This document shows, in pieces, positions 1 to 9,911 of a stretch of 13,376 nt of DNA. The stretch is from Azolla caroliniana. Its lineage: Eukaryota; Plantae; Polypodiophyta. The position numbers and the translations under genes are program-made. The DNA lies in assembly GCA_043228905.1 (NCBI GenBank), contig JBHGNT010000959.1, forward strand, positions 1-13,376. Direction: 5' to 3'. Position 1 is the stretch's first letter. Each line of letters begins with the position of its first letter. The notes beneath the pieces were generated by a model that was given only the letters and a program-made list of their open reading frames with translations, had not been told where the DNA came from and made no database searches.

Positions 1-700
1 AGATTCACCACAATGCATTCCACAAGCATATTGCTGATTTTGCCTCAACCAATCACCAACAGGAAGAGCATAATGTATCAACAACCACCGAAAACAAATA
101 ACTTTTTTCGGCAACTGCATACTCCACAACCATTTCCAAAATTTTGTAAGTTGTAGTTCATTCACATTATTTGCAATCCAATGCTTCATGGCAGCCGGGC
201 ATTTATACTTTGATTGCAATAATAAATTTCTACCTAACTTAACTGAATACTGAAAGAACTCTAAGTGTTTACCATTTCCATTAGCATTCGGTTTTTTCCA
301 TTGATAATCAGCTGGATCCCAATCCAAATTATAAAGCGGCTTTTTTTGAAAAACCCACAACGAACAACACCGTAAGCATTCTTGAAATGGTGGATCCAAG
401 AGCCATTTTTTTCCCGATCTTGCAACTACTCGAATCGCTGAAACATTGGCGGATATCCACACATCTGATTCAGAAAATACATGCCACAACCTACCATCAT
501 CATCCACATTAAAGTATATTACATCACCCATAGTGTTAGTTACTTTAGCTCCTAAAATCACTTTTAGAGGAGAGAAATAACCAAACCAAATCTGATTGCT
601 AGAGGGGGACCATGAAGCCATAAATTGTCCCAATGCCACTTGCATATTATCGCACATAATAGCACTTCCTCGAACTGAAGGCCTCGACAAAGGTTGTAAC
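1..700 (-). mobile_element. LINE (L1-type non-LTR retrotransposon) ORF2 fragment including the zf-RVT region; continues past the left edge
   Basis: A stop-free minus frame runs from 753 to 1: ...LWVFQKKPLYNLDWDPADYQWKK...FFQYSVKLGRNLL...KFWKWLWSMQLPKKVICFRWLLIHYALPVGDWLRQNQQYACGMHCGES. This fits the WxxLWxxxxPxKxxxFxW...LP...L...C..C..E zf-RVT pattern. The 5' boundary is approximate. Confidence 0.85.
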
Positions 701-1513
701 TGTTGGATGCATATGATGCACATCTTGTTTGGCATATGATGCACAATGTGCATTTAATATAAGATTATTATAGTGGTGACCAATGTATCCTCCACAAGTG
801 GGTGTAAAGTTTAAAACGGAATCACCCAAGGGGAGACCTTGTCATTTGTGTATGTTGGAGATGTGCTAAGTCTTTAATGTGGGGGTATATGAAGGCGTGG
901 GTGGAACTAACAGTAGGGTGTGAACTCCACATATTTGTTCTCAAGAACTATTCTAAACTTCTTGCACTAAAAGGTCAAGCAACCCAAAAAAGGTAAGGAT
1001 GCATGACAATTAATGCATGAAATCCCAAGGATAAACATGAAAGTTGAATAAATGATATACAACGTTATGACTTGAGGACCTTAAGTAATACCTGGATACG
1101 TGGAGAGTACATGAATTTGCACAAGAGGTAGATAAGGCCCATTGGATGGTCATTTGCAAAGGACCATGACCATGGGCCTGGGCACTTATAAAAGGGCAAC
1201 CAAGGAGAAGGAGAACAAAAGAAGAGAGGCTAGAGGAATGTTACATTGGCGATGCAACTTTAGCCAAAGTATCATAAATACAAGCGAGGTGTTGTTAACA
1301 TCTAAAGAGTGTGTAAAGGTAACGGAGGCACCCCCATTATGGAGATTGACCTTAGACATTAGTGTGAGCACGTTAACGACATCCTCCCAAGGAGCTCGAG
1401 ATAATGTTGGACATGGTGTTGCCTAGAGGAGAATCAAAGAAGGATGTAATTTAGTTTGAGTCTCTTATGAAGAGTCATGAAGGTGACTACTTGACCATAA
1501 GGATGTACCAACA
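701..1513 (+). mobile_element. LTR-like segment (possible solo LTR)
   Basis: TGTTGG at 701 (also at 853) and CCAACA at 1508-1513 form typical LTR terminal inverted repeats. There is an internal TATAAAA at 1187-1193 followed by a purine-rich run, and a 14-bp direct repeat GCATATGATGCACA at 709-722/732-745. No matching TSD was found. Confidence 0.4.
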
Positions 1514-1543
1514 ACATGCTTTGACTAAAGACTTGTTCATATT

Positions 1544-2242
1544 TTATTTTATTTTTTTGACAAAAATATATGCCCTGGTATTATAAAATCATAAGAAATA
1601 CAAAAGTTGTGTTGGATATACCAACTAATTCCCTTGTACTCTCGTCATGGTCGATTTGACGTGTATATGCAATAACCACACATAGTTTTTTGTACATTGA
1701 TGTTCAATATTCCTTGCTTTCTCCAAGCCCTGAGCTTGGGTTCATGACCCTTGATTTGTGAATTCAAGTTCCCCTAGATCTATGCATTATGGGCATAAAT
1801 TTCATTTCATGTTCATCAACATCCATGATCTATTCATGTTCATAGGTTGCAGATTCAGGTTCCCTTACATACAACCACCATCAATATAGAAATCCATGTT
1901 AATCTCATAAGTAAATGCATCCATGACATGCTCATTGATATAGACATTAATGGTATGTTCATGTTTATGAGTTGTTAAAACCCACCAGATCTATCAACTC
2001 ATCCATGATCAATATAGGTATCCATAGTATGCTCATTGACATCAACATTCATGGCATGTTCATAGACTATTGGGTGCTTGTAGGAAATGGGGAAATGTGA
2101 AGCTTGGGAGATTGTCTTTTGATGAAGCTATACAACTAGATAATAATGGTGTGGTGGCATATGTTTATTTGCATGGCTGATATATTTGGAAGTGTTGGTA
2201 TGTTAGAGGATGCAAAAAAAATCGAAAACATGATTCTTGGAG
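1544..2242 (-). mobile_element. Retroposed insertion (truncated LINE, SINE or retrocopy) with A-rich tail and 16-bp TSD
   Basis: Identical AAGACTTGTTCATATT at 1528-1543 and 2243-2258. The T-rich tract TTATTTTATTTTTTT lies directly inside the left copy and corresponds to a minus-strand poly(A) tail. Confidence 0.65.
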
Positions 2243-2257
2243 AAGACTTGTTCATAT

Positions 2258-2368
2258 TAGTCTTCCCAAAGTGGAGATAAGTGTTTATTTGCACGTTAGA
2301 AAAAAGCAACACACGTAGTCTTCCCAGAGTGGAGATAAGGGTTTATTTGCGGTTTAAAAAAAAGAACA
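2258..2368. repeat. Tandem duplication, 58-bp period, ~2 copies
   Basis: TAGTCTTCCCA(A/G)AGTGGAGATAAG(T/G)GTTTATTTGC starts at 2258 and again at 2316. Confidence 0.85.
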
Positions 2369-4736
2369 TGTTGTTTGGGAGTGAAGTCAACACATGAAAT
2401 AGAAACAAACAAAACCAAATGATGTTTTTTAGAACTTGGGTTGTTATGAATATAATGAGACAAAAAGGTCTATTGTACCGCAAAAAAACCAAAAAGACTT
2501 GTGAACTTGCATTTGTATTTTTTTTATTTCTGGTGAAATTGATGAGAGAGACTCTCATTACTTCAACCAAATGAAGTTGCATTGATATTTTTAATGAGAA
2601 AATGGCCATGAGTAATAAACAAATCTTTTGCAACTAAGTCTTTAGCTTTTGCCAATAATGTTTGTAATATTGTTAACTTATGATGTCTCCCTCTAAGATA
2701 GTGTGTGGAGGTATATAAATATATATTGGCAAACATATCGTCGATAATTGCTCTTAATGTGATATTGCGAAATCAAGTCGATGGCTCGTTTCTTGTTTTG
2801 TTGAGCTCTATATATATGCATTAACTAGATTTATGTGCGGAAGTATTGGGCTTCAACATGACAACGAAGATGAGAGAGTACTGGTCATTGGCATCTATAG
2901 AAGAGACGAAAGTGATGTATGAAATACACTTCAATAACAATAAGTACTAGGCTCTAGCCATGTGTTGCAGACAAGCAATTAAAATGTGATGTGTAGAATG
3001 CATTCAAGTCGTGGGGTAAAGAAGCACAAAGAAAACGTGACATCGACTTATATATTTTATTATACTAGAATCCTTGGGCCTTTGAATCAGAGGTTTGAAC
3101 TTTGAATAAAAAGTACCTAGCTGTTTTTTTAACCAATAGTAAAGTGAAACATGGGTAAAACCTTGAACTTAATAAATTATGGTGTGGCAAAACACAGTCA
3201 CCCATGATGTGATATATAGCTCTCACAAGTGAACGAAGGAAAGAAAATGTGAAGTATTGATATCAACGATGATTGCTAAAGCATTCAGAGAAATAAAAAT
3301 TTATCAAATTGTGTGCGAAGGCAACTTGAAATTAGACCATTTTTGTAACAGTTAAAGTCAACTTTTCTAATTTCAAACACAAGCTTTCCTAATAGAGGTT
3401 TTCTAAATAATTGCGACAACCATCATATCACGTTAAGACACGTTACAATAAAGAAATTATAAAGCCAAAACGAAACATGACCATTTGCAATAGAAAATAT
3501 ACGGAAAAATCATTTCAAATGCTAAGGTAGAAATAGGTGGCAATTTTTTTGCCACGCCAGTTGTTGTAGATTATGGGCATCTAGATCAAGGGATGATACT
3601 CTCATTGGCAACTTGATGTGGGTGTGGTAGTGAAAGTGGGAGATCTATCATTGAGGATGAATCCATAGTGGACAACCAAATGAAAGTGTTATAAAACAAT
3701 GACTAAGTTTAATCCCATGCTCTTCAACTAATGTAGTGGCTCTTTAAGACAATGTTTGATTTCACTCCATGCTTAAAGCATATATTATAAATGGCTACTT
3801 TACTTGGCATAAAGGAAAAATAAATGAATAAATAAAAAGCAGACTATATGTGTATACATATATAAGTAGCACTGATACAAATTTGATGCATTTCGTGCCT
3901 CAATAATTCAACATAATACAATTACAAAGAAAATCATGATGTTCGATGTATTCCTAGAAAACTATTGAGAAGCAAAACAATAACAATAATTTTCAATACT
4001 TTCTTTGTATAATCAACTATTAGAATTCCTTTGTGAAACAATGGAAGAAGTGAATAGCTATAAGCTTTTGATGACATTGAAAATCATGTTTACAAATCAC
4101 CTCAAAGTACGATATATACATTAACTCTCGTGTATGCATTATTGAGTTTGAATTATATGGTCAATATCCCGTATGTAGAACTCCAATCCTCTCAATGTGC
4201 ATGAGAATTTTAAATAGAGACGTTCAATACTATGAGAAATTCTTTCATGAAAGTGAGACTCTTTAAACATAGAGTGTGAGAATAGATAGCATCTTTTATA
4301 TTTTTTGTGCTATTTTTGCATGGTTTTTTATATCATGTTTGTTAGCTTGATTAGGACTCAGGAGGTGTTGCACAAATAAAGTTTGCTTCAAGAATGTGCT
4401 TGCATGGAATCAACGTCATTTGTAACGTTCTATTAATGAGTGTTGAAGCTAGGCATGAAGTTCTTGGCACTGAAACAAGACCACATTCAATGAATTTGTA
4501 TGGTTCGAAAAATACGTTCCTTGCTAAGCCTCGTTTCCTTGAATAGATTTATTTTGTGAGACTAGGTTTGAAATGTTACACTAAAGCCCATATACTTTTG
4601 TATGAGAAAAGTGTTGCACTTTCATATGAAGCATAGTATGATTATGAACCATACGTACCATATGTGCATTCGCATGAGAGAATGTTTCAATTATTTGAGT
4701 ATGGTAAACACCCTCGAAGTATGGTAAATACCATTC

Positions 4737-5200
4737 TTTTTTTTCCTTTTTTTTCCAAAAAAAACCTCCTTCCATTAGTTATAAAATTTTACAAATGAGA
4801 TTATTATGTACAAATCCTTGTAGGGACGCGATAGTTCCATCTTATGTGGATGCCCAATGACTCAAGAAAGGGAGAGGACGACCATTGTTGGATGAAGGTT
4901 GTTTGTTGTAACTTGTCTTTCAACTCCATCATATTGGCTCTTTAGAGTGGCTAAAATTCCACTTCATATCTCTTGCAGTAAAATTGTTGGATGCGCGGTT
5001 TGGTTGGAGAAGACCCGTCTATACCGTTGTTTCCATAGAATCCAAAGAGTTATTGGGTTGACCAATTCCAACGCAACTTGAGATTTGTCATTAAGAGGAG
5101 TTGAGTGGACATTGGCGATGGTGGAGTAAAAAACCTCTTGTGCTTTTATCACCAAAGTCATCAACTCCTCCTGATGCTCCTGGGTCTGCCATGATAGCCT
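4737..5200 (-). mobile_element. Degenerate LINE 3' end (ORF2 C-terminus, short 3' UTR, A-rich tail)
   Basis: The minus strand reads VNPITLWILWKQRYRRVFSNQ...LLQEI*SGILATLKSQYDG, with TGA at 4964-4966 probably from TGG. After a frameshift it reads FIQQWSSSPFL...IRWNYRVPTRICT** (stop ~4804). LWxLWKxRxxRVF is the post-zinc-finger L1 ORF2 motif. The T tract at 4737-4754 is the tail. Confidence 0.75.
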
Positions 5201-6599
5201 TTTGTATTCATTATTTATTATAAGGCAAATCGTTTTTAAGGTAAGAAAGTTAAGGTAAAAGGTATAAAAAAAAACATAAGAATGTTTTGATAAAATACGC
5301 ATTCGGTTTCATTCGTATGAAAAAGAATGTTTGCCAATGCATTCGAGTATATTACGTACTATGATACGAAGTACTCACCCATATGATAATATGTATCAAT
5401 AAGCTTCACATTCATTAAAATGATTATAGTGTATGAGATTGAATATGATCTATAATGACAAAAGAAGCAATGGAATACGGAGAACATTACTCTAATCCAT
5501 TCAGCAAGTGAGTACCATCTCTATAATTTCCGGTATGACAAACACATTATGATTTTAGCTCTAAGAGTTGTTGTATAGATATCAAATGCGAATACTTCTA
5601 TATATTTCAACCTTAGGCGATGAATAGAAAACCAAATCATCAAGATCTAAACAATTTAGCTTGCATAAGTATGTGTGTTGTTTAATCTAATGCAAGTCAA
5701 AGAAGATGCAAAAACCTCAATGTTAATCTGCATTGTCATTTATATGATTTTATCCATAACTTCACGTTTGCAAATTTCTTATATCCATAAGATTGGAAAG
5801 AATCATACAAGCAAAAGAAATAGTTTTGTTAGAAAGGAAGAGATGGTTGGTTTTATATTATGTGAATTTAGAAAAATCAAGAATTTGATTGAGAGATGTG
5901 TATTCACATGTCTAGAGAAGCTAATGTGGTGGGTGAAGAAAATATGCATACCTTACAACTTGGTTGCTTGTTCCATAAATGTAAACCAAGAAAACTTGTT
6001 CAAATTCCCATGAGATGCCTCGTCAAACATATGCTCTTGTGTGTACAGTGTGACCAATCTCAACTCAATACTCTAATGCTTCCAATAATAGATCTTATTT
6101 GTTTATCTAATGGTTGTTTACTTTTTCTCGCTCTAGTCTTGAGCATCTCAAATATGACCTAATTATACATGCTCTCCAAAGTGATCCCTTCAAGTGAGTT
6201 GATTTGACTCTAATATACTTTCTTTGGGTTTAAGTGGTCAAGGGGGCTATGGTATGTGGAGAAGCCAACTTAAACTTAGTGGCTTGACTCTATTCAATAA
6301 GGTTGAATTATTAACTTTGTAGAGGAAGAACCATGATTAGTTTTCTTATCTTTCAGTTATATGATGTGATATTTGCCTTAGATGTTGCAATCTACAACAT
6401 ACATTTGAAAATACAAAATAATATCTGTGTATACAAAGGGATATTATGTATTATGTTATTCAGTCTCCGTATATGATCAACAAAGCCTATTTTCTTATTT
6501 GTTACTTTCACCTGTTTGTCGATGCCTATTTTAAGCCAACATGCAATATTTGTATCCATGCAACTAGGATGAATGGTGAAATCATTCATCAAGGGAGAC

Positions 6600-6975
6600 A
6601 TGGAGAAAGTGGGTGTTGTAATGTGTCATTCTTGCCTGAAGGTGAGTTGTGAGGTTGAGGTATCACACCCTCTTCGTGTTTACCCTTAGTACTCAAGCTT
6701 TTACCGCCTAGCTAGATTGTAATAAAATGGGGTTTTAGTACATATTCGTACAATGCATGCTTAATGTAGTACTTATTTGAGCATACCAACCTTGTATTAT
6801 ACTAGTTTGTTACCCATTTATGTAGAGAACATATCAAGAAGTCGTGAAAGCCGTTGTGGGGGGAGAGTTTCAACTACCATGGTTGTTTACCCTTGATTTT
6901 GTCTTGGATCAGAACATGTGAAATTGTTTATTTTGTTAGTACCATACGTGATATCAACATGGTAAGCTAGGTTTC
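6600..6975 (+). mobile_element. Decayed LTR 3' end followed by a damaged tRNA-iMet primer binding site
   Basis: ...GATATCAACA ends at 6959 and is followed at once by TGGTAAGCTAGGTT, which equals canonical TGGTATCAGAGC(T)AGGTT minus 4 nt. AATAAA occurs at 6721. The left boundary is not determined. Confidence 0.4.
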
Positions 6976-8079
6976 CACGTACTCCCCTTGTCCATCATAA
7001 TACTCTTTTATGTGGTTTGTTTTGCTCTAGAAATCGTTGTCTATGCATATGATAGAGTCATAGCCCTCAAATGTTTCACTAATTCATACTCATGGGCACA
7101 AGAATGGTATGAGCAAACCACAATTTGGTATATGGTTGTTGAAACTATACATGGGATGGGGTACATTGTATACACTTGAGACTAGTGTTGCTAAAAAACA
7201 ACTTGCATAAATGATTGGCGAGAATTGCTCGACAAACTAGTTACAAGGTCTAATATCATGGATTCCCACAAAGTTTATAAAAAAGAGTTGGTTGCAATTT
7301 TAGGTTCAAATATAGCTTGATGGCATTATTTTGGAATATGTTTCATTGCGATACTTTTTCACCCTCAACACTCTAACAATCTCTCATGTACCTTGCATTT
7401 CATATTTTTCATCATATTAAGGTCGCATGGCACCTTCTCATCCATATTAGAGGAGTTTTTGTTTATGAAAATGGCTAACTATGTTCGGCAAAACTCCAAA
7501 ATACCCACACGTTATTCTCAATTTTCCCAAATTGCTCTTGCCAACCGTAGAACTCACGAGGGGTGGGATGTAAAGGGATGAATCAACCAACTAATTGCTC
7601 ATGTCAATACAAATAATTGTTCAAAGAGGGATCGATTCAAAGGAATTGTCAAGATAAAGAGAAGCTCCAAAGCATTTCACAGCAGTTTCCTATTAAGTGT
7701 AACAATAAAAGCAGCACGACTGGTTTTTCCAAGAGACCTAACACCTTCGGAAAATGACAATGGTCATACAATCACCATACTGCTTCGGATGGACAAACGG
7801 GTCACGAAACCCGAATCCAACCTCTTATGAGAGGAAGTCAACGGACGAAAGCTCTATGTGAGAAACAATGAAATGAAACAAAGCACCTGGGCTAGAACAA
7901 AAGGGGTTGTATGGATGCCCTACCCATACGACTCAAACGGGGTTCCACTCCGACACAAACTGCTTCAGATCATGGGGTGATGAGTTCTTTGTCCGAATCT
8001 CAGTGCGGAAAAGGGCAGGGACATGGTTACGGAGGGAAGGCTCAGAGACAAGGAGCCTCCAAAAGGAGGTTCAAGGGCA

Positions 8080-8104
8080 ATCCATATCCATATCCATATC
8101 ATAT
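8080..8104. repeat. (ATCCAT)n hexamer microsatellite
   Basis: ATCCATATCCATATCCATATCATAT. Confidence 0.8.
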
Positions 8105-8168
8105 ACATATGTATGTGGATGAGTTCTCACACATCATCACCACACCCCCAAGAGAAGACAAAGATAAA

Positions 8169-8225
8169 GATAGATAGATAGAGCTAGAGAGAGAGAGACC
8201 TAGAGAGAGAGAGAGAGAGAGAGAT
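8169..8225. repeat. (GATA)n + (GA)n compound microsatellite; potential GAGA/BBR-BPC element
   Basis: GATAGATAGATA at 8169-8180, then AG runs at 8186-8198 and 8202-8225. Confidence 0.9.
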
Positions 8226-8445
8226 TCTTCTTCTTTTCTTACCCCTGCCAAATAAAAAATGACTCCTTCAAAGCCACAAGAAAACGACAAAAAAGAGGGC
8301 TCTGAAAAAGAGGGCAGATTTTTCTGCTTTTTTTTTTGTTTTTTGTTTTTTATTACTTCCCTTTGAGTTTTGTTTTCTGTTTTTTGTTTGTTTGTATATG
8401 ATGTTAATTTTGTAAGTGAAGTCTTTTTGTTCTGAGAAAACTTAC

Positions 8446-8449
<4 letters not shown>

Positions 8450-8477
<28 letters not shown>
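8450..8477 (+). repeat. (CT)14 microsatellite, typical of plant TSS/5' UTR regions; probably near the MEI2-like transcript 5' end
   Basis: Perfect TC run ~1 kb upstream of the ATG. The repeat is directly seen; its regulatory role is inferred. Confidence 0.85.
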
Positions 8478-8481
<4 letters not shown>

Positions 8482-9432
8482 GAATTACTCTCTGTTTTCT
8501 CCTGCAGATTTACAAGCCTCCATTGCTCTAATTTGTTTTGAAAGCATACCCAGGTTTTTTCCATTCCCCTGTTTTTGTTTTGTCGCCATACTTTCCTATT
8601 ACTCTGTTTCTTTCTTTCTTTCAGGCATGCTTTTTGAATTGCTATGTTCCTTTTCTGCTGCAATGATTTCCAATTGTTCAGTTTTTTCTTTCATGCTTCG
8701 CCTCAAATTAAATTGGTTTTGTTCTTTCAGGCTTTATTTGCAATTACTCTGTTTTCTTTCTTCTATTCTTTTTGAAAATCGCCTGTGCTAAAAAAGGAAG
8801 AAAATAAAAACATGTTATGGATTCTTTCTTTAGTTTTTGGCTAAAGGTTTTGACTACATTACTCTGTTTTTTTAGGAGATTCACTATGCATAATCTCACA
8901 GAGTTTTCTTATATACATCTACCCAAGTTTAAGAAATCACTTGAAATGACTGCTTAGATGGGTTGATTCAGAGAAAAATAACTGGCATATATATGTAAAT
9001 ATAAAAAAAATACATCTGCACATGTGAATGCCTATATATGTAGCCTGTAGGTATGTGTATATACATACATACATAAAATTTATTGATCATATGATTATTT
9101 GTTTTGATTCACACAGCAAAATACGTGCATGTATATGTGTGTGGATACACACACATACATTTATAGAAAAACTAGTAATTTATATGTAATTATTGTGTTT
9201 CACTATTCACAGAAAATATGTTTATACTTGCATGTGAAATAAGCAAAAATATATGAGAGAAACACTTATCGAATTTGAAAGCAATGTTTGACAAATCTTA
9301 TTTATTTTTTACACAAAATCCCTTAAGTTTTTCAGTTTATTTGGTAAAAGAATTGATTGATAGATGATTAAAATTTAGGGATAATGGCATCATTTATTGA
9401 AGAATGTATTAATGTCTCAACTCTATGTGCAG

Positions 9433-9512
9433 ATTTAGTGATCCTAAATTTAAAACCCCTAAAACCTGAAAACTTAGGATTCCTCCCTAAACGGTGAACC
9501 CTAATTTTTCTA
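9433..9512 (+). other. Probable 5' UTR part of the first coding exon, following a leader intron
   Basis: Acceptor-like TATGTGCAG ends at 9432 after a long AT-rich tract; no ATG between 9433 and 9512. Confidence 0.5.
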
Positions 9513-9911
9513 ATGCGAAGCAATCTCATAGATATGGAGATGAGATCTTCACATTATAATATAATGACCGATGAAGAAACTTATGAGCCTCTTGATGAAG
9601 AAATGGTGAGGCAAGCCATCGGAGGAATTCTACCTGATGACATTCTCGATAGCATGCATTCGTTGACTCTTGCTAACCAGAATCTCCCTGAAGAAGACAT
9701 TGATATATTTAGTAGCGGAGGTGGATTTGAGATGGATGGTGAGATCATCCCAACAGAATCAAGAAAAAGTTCAAATTATTATTTGAAGAATCTCGGCACA
9801 GACTCAACATCATTCAACAAAGATGCATACATAGAGCACCCTTCAAGAACTCTTTTTGTTAGAAGTATCAATAGCAATGTAGAAGATTCGGAACTTCGGG
9901 CTCTATTTGAG
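9513..9911 (+). CDS. MEI2-like coding exon 1 (N-terminus, IGGILPDD and DIFSSGGG motifs, start of RRM1)
   Basis: 133 codons ending ...ELRALFE; donor GTGATG at 9912, phase 0. Confidence 0.88.

Noticed and set aside
1142-1426. ORFs 1142..1426(+) and 1186..1371(-)
   Set aside because: They lie inside the LTR-like segment with no gag/pol or other motifs
2258-2368. Repeat-spacer-repeat pattern as a CRISPR array
   Set aside because: Only two imperfect units with similar spacers, in eukaryotic DNA with no cas genes; a simple tandem duplication
2859-2881. TGACAACGAAGATGAGAGAGTAC resembles miR535 (TGACAACGAGAGAGAGCACGC)
   Set aside because: It needs an internal insertion and mismatches, and no complementary star arm is visible nearby
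5675-6652. Short ORFs at 5675..6013, 5896..6162, 6392..6601 and 6446..6652
   Set aside because: No motifs, overlapping frames and AT-rich decayed repeat context; likely chance
7907-8177. Plus-strand ORFs 7907..8122 and 7911..8177
   Set aside because: No recognisable domain; the PYPYPY and DKDKDR stretches come from microsatellites; no convincing splice link to the MEI2-like CDS
8186-8477. (GA)n and (CT)n as arms of a miRNA-like foldback
   Set aside because: Only the microsatellites pair; the 225 nt between them shows no extended complementarity
8099-8791. ORFs 8099..8479(-), 8442..8663(-), 8480..8791(+)
   Set aside because: Translations of CT/GA and T-rich low-complexity DNA (RERE, SLSL, F/L/S-rich) with non-ATG starts
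9040-9165. Hairpin-like TATGTGT/ACACATA palindromes in the leader intron
   Set aside because: Explained by alternating purine-pyrimidine (TACA/CA/TG) microsatellite sequence
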